NCBI GenBank assembly: GCA_041664605.1
Contig: JBAYKO010000003.1
Coordinates: 6,858-70,857, forward strand
Reading direction: 5' to 3'
From: Minisyncoccota bacterium
GTDB lineage: Bacteria > Patescibacteriota > Minisyncoccia > Phycocordibacterales > UBA9973
DNA: 64,000 nucleotides
Below are positions 9,291 through 18,313 of this stretch, piece by piece. The notes under the pieces are model-generated. The model saw nothing but the letters and a program-made list of their open reading frames with translations, was not told the DNA's origin and searched no databases. A program made the position numbers and the translations under genes. Every line of letters starts with the position of its first letter. Position 1 is the stretch's first letter.

Positions 9291-9610
9291 ACAGATTTTT
9301 TATGATCAACCGGCTCTATTTGACGATAATAGAAAAGAAACACTGGACGACGAAACCGTTTTAGGACATTACCGTTGGCATCCTTTGTTTCCACATAAGT
9401 GATCGACTCAATGGCTTTTTCACCTTTACGAACTTTAAACCCTAATTTCAGCCACGAATTGAATGTTCGCATATTGTGATAACAGTCTAGGTTACGGAGT
9501 TCTGACTTGCCATACTTCGCAATAACCTGTTCCTCGACCATTGACTTCGTTTCTTCTGATCCTGTATAGGCGGACACTGGACCAGAGAGTATTTCATTAA
9601 TATTTTTCAT
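9287..9610 (-). CDS. ArdC N-terminal-like ssDNA-binding protein
   Basis: YTGS..RTFNSWLKLGFKVRKGEKAI..VFLFY..QI is the ArdC-N signature. Confidence 0.75.
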   Translation of the reverse strand: MKNINEILSGPVSAYTGSEETKSMVEEQVIAKYGKSELRNLDCYHNMRTFNSWLKLGFKVRKGEKAIESITYVETKDANGNVLKRFRRPVFLFYYRQIEPVDHKKSV

Positions 9611-9922
9611 CGATAAATAATAATGGGTTAATAATATAGCTCAGTGACTAGCTGAGCTGAAAGAGACAAGCTCTGCAGTTCTTATCTCTCAAAGAAATAG
9701 TTTTCTTGTGGCTGAGTGCGACTGATAGTTATAGTAGGTAGTAGTGACGGTGATTGTAATAGTAACTGCAATGTAATGGCTTCGGTAATAACAGAGGGTG
9801 GGGAGTGGTTTTAGGGTCCCATATAGGCGTCGGTAAGACACTGTGGGTATGGAAGGAAGCTGTCGCCGGAGCATTTGCCCAATATTCGGCCATTGGCGTG
9901 GTACTAATGTTAAGATTAATTC

Positions 9923-10567
9923 ATGCCTAATAATTTTGTGGAAGAAAGCTATGTCCTCGACACGCACTCTATCCTAAATGACCTAAAACGAATCAGAGAG
10001 GGCGAAACCGTAGACGGGATGATCACCATTCATAACGAAACAAAAGGGATCCAGTTGCATTATTGGAGCCTTGATAAGCATGGCGAAAAGTATATTGTCC
10101 TCAGTCTGCTTAATGTCGAACCACAGGAGATCGCCCTACAGTCCTTCCCCTTGAAATATGGCGATAGGAGCTTCTATACCTGCCCTAGTTGCTTAAAACG
10201 GTGCAATAAGCTGTATGTGCGTTCCGATGAGTGGACCGGCTTTAAATGCGTTAGATGCCAAGGATTGCGGTATCGGCTGACCTCTCTTAATTTGTATTCC
10301 AGAATAGGGCGAATGGCGTACCGGACCGATCAGCTAGACAAGTTCTTTAATAATGGGAAAAAGACGCCAAGGATCTTCTATCGTGGACAGGAAACGAAGC
10401 CGTTTATTGCATATTCAAAAAAGATGTGGAAACTAGGCATGCAAGACAAAGTACAATACGGTTTTAAATTAATTTCAGAAATTAAAAATGCATCTCAGAG
10501 ATTTTCGGCGATGTCTAATGATTTTGGTAAAAGTGGGAACCTAGCTGGTCGGCGGACCAATTTGTAA
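9923..10567 (+). CDS. hypothetical Zn-finger protein
   Basis: FYTCPSC..KLY..FKCVRC..LRY motif. Confidence 0.7.
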   Translation: MPNNFVEESYVLDTHSILNDLKRIREGETVDGMITIHNETKGIQLHYWSLDKHGEKYIVLSLLNVEPQEIALQSFPLKYGDRSFYTCPSCLKRCNKLYVRSDEWTGFKCVRCQGLRYRLTSLNLYSRIGRMAYRTDQLDKFFNNGKKTPRIFYRGQETKPFIAYSKKMWKLGMQDKVQYGFKLISEIKNASQRFSAMSNDFGKSGNLAGRRTNL

Positions 10568-10650
10568 TATTTTTGGAGTGTTTTCTAGTTCAAGAATAGG
10601 TGGGCCTGAAAAAATTCAGCATAAATTTTTAGACTTTTCTGTTTACTAAA

Positions 10651-11676
10651 TTATCTTGTCCATGCAATATAGTATTCAAAACGGACATGTGTTTTATCTG
10701 GAGACGAATTTATTCTGGGAATTTCAAATTGAATTACTGACCTTACATCTCCTGCAAATGGTTCTGCGTGAATATTGCATAGATGTGCCATAAGGGTTTC
10801 AAAAGATGTCTGTAATCTTTCAAGTGTATTGGCCATAAACTTTGATATTAACATTTCATGAAGAGGAGTTTTGGGGTCTATGTGTGATAGTATCGGTGGC
10901 CTTACATGACCTTCTTTATTTAAAGAGTAATCTTGTATATCAAGCTCTGCACCTGTAGTAGTATGTTCAATAGCATTACGTAGACTGCGTATGAGTTTTA
11001 ACCATGATACAAGTCCTCCAGCAAATTTAGTACTTGGGTCCGTTGGTCCTTTTTCCTTTTCAAACTTTTCTTGAAGTTGCTCCGCCCAAATTTTCCCTCG
11101 CTTCTTATTATTCTTCGTAATATCAGGGTAAAACAACTGTGCCATTTCAATCAGATGTAAAATTGCGTAATCTGAATTATTTATAAACTGTTTTGTCCTT
11201 TGTTCTAGCTTATGTATGGTAGGAAGATGAAGTGACTGGTCTTCCTCGAGTTTACCTTTGAATGACAAATTTGCCTTGTCTTCTTCGGTAATATAGTCAT
11301 TCGCAAGTTCGTGTAGTGCTGTTATTTCTTTAAGGAAAGCGAGTCCAATATTTAAACCCTTTTTGCAGTCAATCGTACTAGGCAGTCCTTGCTCTCCAAA
11401 TAAGGCTTGTGCTTGAAGAAGTGTCCTGCCAACAAATAGCTCATCTGAACCATACGAAAGAATTTTCTGCTGACTTTGTTTAGGTATTGCTGAATTAGTT
11501 CTTTCTGGATCAACAGAATCAGCAAGAATAGGAGTATAAATACCTTTTCTTGTTACAACCAGCAAAGAATCACCAGTATTTATCATGGCGGAAATACCTA
11601 GGTCTTCTTTGTCTCCAATTTTGATCCATCCTCCTTCATTACGATATGCAAACGGATCTTTATTTTCTGTTGTCAT
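10651..11676 (-). CDS. hypothetical protein with HEPN-like RxxxxH motif
   Basis: LRNAIEH in a helical C-terminal region; 1-nt gap after the ATPase gene. Confidence 0.6.
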   Translation of the reverse strand: MTTENKDPFAYRNEGGWIKIGDKEDLGISAMINTGDSLLVVTRKGIYTPILADSVDPERTNSAIPKQSQQKILSYGSDELFVGRTLLQAQALFGEQGLPSTIDCKKGLNIGLAFLKEITALHELANDYITEEDKANLSFKGKLEEDQSLHLPTIHKLEQRTKQFINNSDYAILHLIEMAQLFYPDITKNNKKRGKIWAEQLQEKFEKEKGPTDPSTKFAGGLVSWLKLIRSLRNAIEHTTTGAELDIQDYSLNKEGHVRPPILSHIDPKTPLHEMLISKFMANTLERLQTSFETLMAHLCNIHAEPFAGDVRSVIQFEIPRINSSPDKTHVRFEYYIAWTR

Positions 11677-11677
11677 T

Positions 11678-14266
11678 TTATGTTATTAAATTTTTAACTT
11701 CTTGAATATCTTTTTTTAATTTTTCAATATTATCCGGCATGGCATGCTGTATCATTTCGTTTGATTGATCATGAGCATCTATATACCGACTAAATTCCTC
11801 GTGGAGTTCCTTTGCTTTTTCAAGCTTTGATTTGTTAAGGGTTGCTCTAGGTATATTACGCATCTGAATTTGCTCGGACCATCTTGTAACAACTTTCCCA
11901 AATATCTTTTCTTCCACGGCCTTTTCTATAGCTTTTCTTAAGTTACTGTAGGCGGTTCTAATACCATCTCTTTTACTCTCACCGCTTAAACTTGAAAGAG
12001 AAGTGAACATCCCATCAACCTTTTGAACTTGTGCATTAAAGTTAATAGATCCAGCATAATCATTTTCAGTTACTACACCAGCATCGATATCATTTTTCTC
12101 GACTTTATGAAAGGCTGCTTTTATACTATCTACTTCATGATTTTCCTTTTCAACTTGTTCGTGTAAATAGTTAGCAAACATCAAATCATGAGTGAAAACA
12201 ATGACTTGTCGTGATTCAGATTCCTTGACAATTCTTTTGGCGATTTTTTCTTTTCTGTCATGGTCAAAACTGGTAGCAGGATCGTCAAATATGACAGGGG
12301 TCTTTTCACCTTGCATTGCCAATTCAGCAAAAAAATCAGAGAGTGCAACTGCCTTTTGTTCTCCTTCGCTTAAAAACTGATTAATATGGTCCATCCCGCT
12401 TAAGCTTTTCTCTCTCATTTGCGAACCATATTCACCTCGAAAATTCAAGTTTACATTTGGTGCATCGAGACTTGCGACTTCAGTGTTGAATTGCCGTTTA
12501 AATGAATCTGACACTAATTCCTTCCATGCTTTCATCCCGAGCTCTGTTATAGGTCTGGTATTAAATTTAACCGCAAGAGAGCTTGCTTTTGCTATCCATT
12601 GATTAATTCCGATGTATTTTTCTACATGTCTTTTATATTTTGAAAATTTCTGAATATCTTTCATTTCAACCTCTGCCAGATTCAACTCTACTGAACGACG
12701 GTTAAAATTTCGCTGTGCTTCATTAAGCTGTTTTATATCGTTTTCAATTTTCGCTTTCACTAATCCAGTACTGGTTATAAGACCACTGATATTCAACGGT
12801 TTCAGTTTACCTGCTTTTTTCGTGTTCAAGCATCCAATAACCTGCTGGATTAAAGCATCCGCATTATCCATGGCGTCAAATGAAGAATGAGCTAGTTTTT
12901 TCGTAAGTATTTTTACGAAGTCGTTTTTTTTATATGGAAAATTATTACTAAATGAAATATCTTCCAAATTTGAAAGTGCTTCATCAAGCTCATTCTCTAT
13001 GTCCTCGAAATCATTTGACTCCTCTTCTTCGAAGAGCTTCCTGTAGAGTTGTATGAGTTTGGTCGCTGTCTTGCTAAGCTTTTGCTGACAATAGATACAA
13101 TTATCAGCCTCCTCGGGATAATTTTCATGATAGGCAATATCAGTATACGATTCTCCTGCTTCGATGAATTTTTCCCATTCATCCGATGCCATTTCCGGAA
13201 TTTTATAATCATCCAGTGTTTTTCCTTTCTTTTCCGTAAATTTCTTCTTGCTTATGTTGAATTTTTTTATCAATTGTAAATAAGTGCGAACACTCGCTGG
13301 CGAAGTCTCTGTTTTAATTTCTTCCAATTTTTCCTGCAGGGCAGTCACTTTCTGTAATCTTGTTTGTAGATTTTCAAATTGCAGGTCCATGTTTTGTAAG
13401 CTCTTGGACTCTTTGATGTTCGCTAACAGTGCTTCCTTGGCAGACTGACCCCACTGAGGAAGTTTATTTAAGTCTGCAACTTTTGTTGAAGGACCAATAC
13501 TATTAATAAATTTTCCTATTGTAGTTCCACTATTGAAAATACCTTCAAGTGGCGGTTTGTCGTCTTCTGCTTTCTGTATATGGTTTGTCATTCGCTGCTG
13601 TAAACCAGTCAATGCACGTGAAGCAGATTGGAATAATTCAAAACCATATGGTTGATAGGAAAAATCGAGTCCTTCGGTTAAGTAGATTGGAATACATTCT
13701 CCATCAAAAATACTCATTCGATTGAATGGGGTTAATGTATTATGGCCATCCCACATAACTGTTCGATCCGTACCATTATTAAACACAATCTTTACCTTAC
13801 ACTCATTCTTTTTTTTTGAGTTATTTATATTTTGCCAAATATCTTCCTGCGTTCTCGATGCACTGATTCTCTTCAAAATACGGACAAAGCCTGATTTACC
13901 ACTTCCATTTTTACCATAAATTACAGTGAGTCGTGAGTGGAATGATAGTGTTGCCCCTTTGACTAGTGCATTCACGCCATCCTCATGTACTAAATTCTTA
14001 AGTTCAAATCCATTGTTAGCAGTCAAAGGTCTAGCAATTACCGGAGTAGGGGTTTTAATGTCGGTACTTTTTTCTTTGGCATCACTCAGTCCGTGTGTAA
14101 TCAAAAAATCTTCGTATATTGTGTCTAAAAACGTATTGTCAGGAACGGCACGGATGGAAATGATCCGATCCAGTAACGGACTCATCCATTGTTCACGATC
14201 TTGAGCCCCAAATTCCTTTAGGTAGTCGTCAGCTTTAGTTTTTGGAATAGGAGTAACTTCTGACAT
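11678..14266 (-). CDS. Rad50/SMC-like ABC ATPase with zinc hook and C-terminal HEPN-like motif (RloC-like)
   Basis: Walker A GKNGSGKS, CIYCQQ hook, signature LSEGEQ, Walker B IFDDP, FTHD, C-terminal SRYIDAH. Confidence 0.8.
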   Translation of the reverse strand: MSEVTPIPKTKADDYLKEFGAQDREQWMSPLLDRIISIRAVPDNTFLDTIYEDFLITHGLSDAKEKSTDIKTPTPVIARPLTANNGFELKNLVHEDGVNALVKGATLSFHSRLTVIYGKNGSGKSGFVRILKRISASRTQEDIWQNINNSKKKNECKVKIVFNNGTDRTVMWDGHNTLTPFNRMSIFDGECIPIYLTEGLDFSYQPYGFELFQSASRALTGLQQRMTNHIQKAEDDKPPLEGIFNSGTTIGKFINSIGPSTKVADLNKLPQWGQSAKEALLANIKESKSLQNMDLQFENLQTRLQKVTALQEKLEEIKTETSPASVRTYLQLIKKFNISKKKFTEKKGKTLDDYKIPEMASDEWEKFIEAGESYTDIAYHENYPEEADNCIYCQQKLSKTATKLIQLYRKLFEEEESNDFEDIENELDEALSNLEDISFSNNFPYKKNDFVKILTKKLAHSSFDAMDNADALIQQVIGCLNTKKAGKLKPLNISGLITSTGLVKAKIENDIKQLNEAQRNFNRRSVELNLAEVEMKDIQKFSKYKRHVEKYIGINQWIAKASSLAVKFNTRPITELGMKAWKELVSDSFKRQFNTEVASLDAPNVNLNFRGEYGSQMREKSLSGMDHINQFLSEGEQKAVALSDFFAELAMQGEKTPVIFDDPATSFDHDRKEKIAKRIVKESESRQVIVFTHDLMFANYLHEQVEKENHEVDSIKAAFHKVEKNDIDAGVVTENDYAGSINFNAQVQKVDGMFTSLSSLSGESKRDGIRTAYSNLRKAIEKAVEEKIFGKVVTRWSEQIQMRNIPRATLNKSKLEKAKELHEEFSRYIDAHDQSNEMIQHAMPDNIEKLKKDIQEVKNLIT

Positions 14267-14272
14267 ATATTT

Positions 14273-14353
14273 TTATTCCTCCCAGAGCTTGGCTAAGGTG
14301 GCTTTAGTTTTCTGTTCGTAAATCTCGATCAGTTTTTTGTTGCCTATTTTCAT
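14273..14353 (-). pseudogene. 26-codon remnant resembling the extreme C-terminus of a Type I RM S or M-S subunit
   Basis: Manual translation MKIGNKKLIEIYEQKTKATLAKLWEE*. Confidence 0.5.
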
Positions 14354-14356
14354 ATA

Positions 14357-15436
14357 TTATTTTATAAACCTTACCTGTAGGTTTAATTTCATAAAGTACC
14401 GTCCACCTTCTTTGAATACACTTATTGGATATCGAGTTGTACTCGGTGTATCAAGCTTGGTGTTATTTATTAAATAATCCCTAAAATCTTCTATATTGTA
14501 TAAATAATAACAAAGCACATCACCGTCTTTTTTTACCAACAAAAAACCACCCAAACTAGTAAGTATCCCATTCCATTCTTTATTAGGCATCATCCCTAAA
14601 GCCATCACGCTTAAAAATTCTTTTATTTTATGAATTGGTTGAATATTTTGCTTGTCGGCTATTGGAAAATTTATTTCCAATAAATCAGAAAAACTAGTCG
14701 CACCTCTGGAATAGAAAGATAATAGAATTTTTGCTATGTGCAACGCCAAATTACTATCAATCAACGACATATTGTTTTTAAATTTCTCACTATCAACATT
14801 ATGCAAAACTATGTTATATCCACTACTTATCAAGAGACCGACATTATCCTTCACATTTTTAGCGTGTAGCTTTGGTAATTTAATTGGTACCTTCATTTTT
14901 TCATCGAGAATTTCAAAAGTGAAGCTTGTCGCCTTTGATGAGTTAAGAAGCGTTGACGGACTGCCCAGTTGTGACTTTATACTAAAACCAATTTCAGGAC
15001 TTGGTTTTTTCGTCTTTACATCAAAAACCACTAAGTCTAAGTCTTTTTTATCAGAGCTAGATGCTTTAATAATTTCCTTCTGCAAAATTTGCATCATTTC
15101 TGACCCAACTTCTAATGGAAAAGATCGACCCTCATTTTTGACTGAGAGATTATTGAACATTCTATTTAAAATTGACTCGATTTTTTTTACTTTTACAGAG
15201 GCTACTTTATTTTTTCCAGAAAAAATATCAACGACTTCTTGACCTATTTCATATGTAACTTTTTCCTTTCCTGCTTTTTCAGAAAAAATTATTTTTAGTA
15301 CCTTGTAAAATAAATCTTCTCTACGATTTTGATATTTGTCTGCAGCGTATGCACCACCATTTACCAATAGAAAAGCTAGTGCGTACAACTCACTCCACTC
15401 CCCAGTATTGCCAGTTGTCTGTTTTTGATTAATCAT
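14357..15436 (-). CDS. HpaII-family Type II restriction endonuclease
   Basis: GNTGEWSELY, GFSIKSQLGSPSTLLN, ALGMMP, VKKDGDVLCY, LDTPSTTRY, KLNLQVRF motifs. Confidence 0.85.
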   Translation of the reverse strand: MINQKQTTGNTGEWSELYALAFLLVNGGAYAADKYQNRREDLFYKVLKIIFSEKAGKEKVTYEIGQEVVDIFSGKNKVASVKVKKIESILNRMFNNLSVKNEGRSFPLEVGSEMMQILQKEIIKASSSDKKDLDLVVFDVKTKKPSPEIGFSIKSQLGSPSTLLNSSKATSFTFEILDEKMKVPIKLPKLHAKNVKDNVGLLISSGYNIVLHNVDSEKFKNNMSLIDSNLALHIAKILLSFYSRGATSFSDLLEINFPIADKQNIQPIHKIKEFLSVMALGMMPNKEWNGILTSLGGFLLVKKDGDVLCYYLYNIEDFRDYLINNTKLDTPSTTRYPISVFKEGGRYFMKLNLQVRFIK

Positions 15437-16328
15437 AATGATTTTCTAACGCCTCAATTATTTTTTTTGCATAATCCTGTATTGCATAAATTGCCACACT
15501 GTTGCCTAACTGCTTCATGGCCTGGCTTTCTGTAACAGGAAATATAAAATCTTCAGGAAAGCCCTGCATTTTTTTCCCTTCTTTTGAAGTAATTCTTTTT
15601 ACTTTTCCGTTCACCAAATAGCTGTCCCAATTTCGTCTGTCGGTAATATTGGACCCCTTACCACCAACTCTAAGAGTAAAACCAACTTCTTTATTTACCT
15701 TTGCTCCATCAAAGACATCGGACATGGTAAATTTTAAAGGTCTTTTTTGTGGAAATTCAAAAGGTATTTTTTTGTTTTTAAAACCAATCATAAACAAACG
15801 GGGGCGGTTCTGTGGCAGGCCGTGCTCCGATGCTTTTACAATATTAAAATGAAGAGAATATCCCAAATCTTTAGTCAAAACATTACTAATTACTTCAAAT
15901 GTTTTTCCATTATCGTGAGCAAGTAAACCCCTGACATTTTCCAAAAAGAATGCTTTTGGTTTTTTTACACGAATAATTTCTGCAATGTTATAAAACAAGG
16001 TCCCACGTGTATCATTAAAACCTTTCTTGAAACCAGCCTGACTAAATGGCTGACACGGAAAGCCTCCAGTTAAAATATCAAAATTGGGTATTTTTTTTGG
16101 ATCGATTTTTGTAATATCTCCAACAAAATTTCCACTAGAAAATAATTCGGGGTCAATTTTTTCAAAATTTGTCTGGTATGTATTTCTTGCATGAGAATCC
16201 CATTCTGACGAAAAAACGCACTTGGCACCAACATTATTAAAAGCTATATGAAAACCTCCAATTCCTGCGAATAGATCAATAAATGTAAATTTTTTCTTTT
16301 TCATTTTAATATTTGCCATATATAACAA
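15429..16328 (-). CDS. DNA (cytosine-5) methyltransferase, cognate to the HpaII-like REase
   Basis: DLFAGIGG, GFPCQPFS, ENV, QNRPR, KQLGNSV motifs; overlaps the REase start. Confidence 0.95.
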   Translation of the reverse strand: MLYMANIKMKKKKFTFIDLFAGIGGFHIAFNNVGAKCVFSSEWDSHARNTYQTNFEKIDPELFSSGNFVGDITKIDPKKIPNFDILTGGFPCQPFSQAGFKKGFNDTRGTLFYNIAEIIRVKKPKAFFLENVRGLLAHDNGKTFEVISNVLTKDLGYSLHFNIVKASEHGLPQNRPRLFMIGFKNKKIPFEFPQKRPLKFTMSDVFDGAKVNKEVGFTLRVGGKGSNITDRRNWDSYLVNGKVKRITSKEGKKMQGFPEDFIFPVTESQAMKQLGNSVAIYAIQDYAKKIIEALENHYD

Positions 16329-16366
16329 AAATATAGCATTTTAAGGCTTTAAAATCAATCTGATAC

Positions 16367-16397
16367 TTGACAGGAAAATGGATTTTTTTGATATAAT
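16367..16397 (+). promoter_or_regulatory. sigma70 promoter of 16407..17372
   Basis: TTGACA upstream of TGaTATAAT; ATG 9 nt after the -10. Confidence 0.55.
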
Positions 16398-16406
16398 GAC
16401 TCGGTC

Positions 16407-17372
16407 ATGGACAGCATCAAAATACCAGATACGGGAGGACACGAAGGAACACAAAATCAGTGTTTTATTGTGCTTGATAAAAGTGGCAATGAACTTGTGG
16501 GGTGTATAAAAGAACTAACTTGGCTTTTTCAGCTTTTATTAAAAAAGGGAGACGGAGTTTATACGGATGGAGTCACAACGGCAGTCAAAGTAAGCACTCT
16601 CTTGGCGGGGCCTTTCTTCAAAGATAAAAACACAATACAAACAGATGTATGTACTCTAGTAATGCCAGTAATCGCAGATAAGGGCTTTCTTAGAAAATAT
16701 GACATGACAAAGTATCAGCCACACTACGAATACAATGGGGATTCTTTTGTTCAGGATGGCTCGGTCTTTTTTACTGACTTTACAGACGATTTTTTAATAG
16801 CATACATGGAAGACCGGCTTGGCATAAAAACTGGGCCTGGAATAAATGCTAATCAGAAAAGTAAAGTCATTTTACAGAAAACAAAGAAAAAGCGGTTACA
16901 GCTTCCGGACCTTCCGAACGATCTCAAGTGGGAAGAAATAACAATAAGGTTTCTAAATGGTGGTGAAGTACAAATCACGGCGAAAGGACTGGTTTATCAG
17001 GTAAGCCATGAACTAATGGGCTTTCAGGATGAAAAAACCAAGAAGCCTAACTTTCAGTGGAATTTGTTGAAACTACTTTCACTAAAGGGCGGTTACTTGA
17101 ATTGGAGTAACAACAGGGAGCTAGACATAAAAACAAGAGATCGGGTAAAAAAACAAAAACAGGGGCTGTCTGAGAGGTTAAAAGTATATTTTCATTCCGT
17201 TGAGGGCGACCCATTTTTTAACTACAGAACGGAAGATGGTTATAAAATCAGAATACAACTCATACCGGAACAAGGTAGCGATATTCAAGATACCATTGAA
17301 GCAATCAGTAATACCATGGATTATTACGACGAAGATAATGATGTAAACATCGGAGACTATTCCAAGGAATAA
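16407..17372 (+). CDS. hypothetical protein, possible C-terminal winged-helix DNA-binding domain
   Basis: 321 aa ORF with own promoter; basic helical C-terminal region. Confidence 0.65.
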   Translation: MDSIKIPDTGGHEGTQNQCFIVLDKSGNELVGCIKELTWLFQLLLKKGDGVYTDGVTTAVKVSTLLAGPFFKDKNTIQTDVCTLVMPVIADKGFLRKYDMTKYQPHYEYNGDSFVQDGSVFFTDFTDDFLIAYMEDRLGIKTGPGINANQKSKVILQKTKKKRLQLPDLPNDLKWEEITIRFLNGGEVQITAKGLVYQVSHELMGFQDEKTKKPNFQWNLLKLLSLKGGYLNWSNNRELDIKTRDRVKKQKQGLSERLKVYFHSVEGDPFFNYRTEDGYKIRIQLIPEQGSDIQDTIEAISNTMDYYDEDNDVNIGDYSKE

Positions 17373-17553
17373 GCACCGTTTTGAACGACCAGTGAATTCA
17401 CCCAAAACTAAATAAAAAGATATCGCTAACGGCCCTTAATTTATAAGGGCTTTTTTGCTGCCAATTTTTCACGGTGATTTTTCGCCACTAGTAAATATAG
17501 GACGGTCAGTCGAAACCAACACCTATATTTATTAACTAACATAAACAAATCGT

Positions 17554-17760
17554 ATGAAAGCAACGAAAGAAAAAGGAGGGTCTATGACGAAATCAAAAAA
17601 CATAGTGCCGTTGGAGGAGGCTAGAGAAACTTTTTTCAGAAGCATCAGAAATGCCATGAAGATATTCGAAATTTCTCTTTTGAAAAATCGTCTCGCAAGT
17701 TCAAAAAAAGGAAGAAATGTTGTTGATGCACTCATGGCTGATTGTTATAAGGAAAAATAA
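17554..17760 (+). CDS. small hypothetical protein
   Basis: 68 aa ORF; AGGAGG precedes an internal ATG (17584); TAATG coupling to the next ORF. Confidence 0.5.
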   Translation: MKATKEKGGSMTKSKNIVPLEEARETFFRSIRNAMKIFEISLLKNRLASSKKGRNVVDALMADCYKEK

Positions 17761-17918
17761 TGATTTCAGTGGATGATGCAAAAAGAATACTACAGGACGA
17801 CTCTATGTCCGACCAAGAAGTTGAGACAGCTATAAGCGACCTACAATTACTAGCAGAATTAATATTCGATCATTGGACCAATGAAAAGGCCAAAGAAAGA
17901 AAAAATTATAATAAGTAA
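17760..17918 (+). CDS. 52 aa acidic protein (not in ORF track)
   Basis: MISVDDAKRILQDDSMSDQEVETAISDLQLLAELIFDHWTNEKAKERKNYNK*; start overlaps the previous stop. Confidence 0.6.
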   Translation: MISVDDAKRILQDDSMSDQEVETAISDLQLLAELIFDHWTNEKAKERKNYNK

Positions 17919-17944
17919 CGCTGTATATCAGCACAAAAAAATAT

Positions 17945-18313
17945 ATGAAAAATAATATTAAAGAATCTAAAAAAAATCTTATAAAAATGGTAAAAGGTGT
18001 GCAGATGGACCAAACAATTGATGCCGTGCAAGGACTAGTTAAGGCATATGGTTTTAAAATAGCAGCTTCATTAATAAGAATGACTTTAGAAGCTACATAT
18101 GAAGTTGATCAGAAGAATGTAAAAGAGGAAAAAAGTAAAAATAGGAAAGAAATGATAACGGTAGAATTTAAAGATGGTAAAAAAAATATATGTATCGCCT
18201 CAGAAAGACGCCCAGGAGAAACGAAGAATCAACACGAAGAAAGGATCGAATTAATGAAAAAAATGATGATAGACGCTTCTATATCTAATAAATATGGTGG
18301 CCTTTGTATCTAG
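17945..18313 (+). CDS. hypothetical protein
   Basis: 122 aa ORF directly before the primase. Confidence 0.55.
   Translation: MKNNIKESKKNLIKMVKGVQMDQTIDAVQGLVKAYGFKIAASLIRMTLEATYEVDQKNVKEEKSKNRKEMITVEFKDGKKNICIASERRPGETKNQHEERIELMKKMMIDASISNKYGGLCI

Noticed and set aside
9689-9967. 92-aa ORF with VTITITVTTT tract
   Set aside because: Low complexity, overlaps the 9923 gene on the opposite strand, no recognisable domain.
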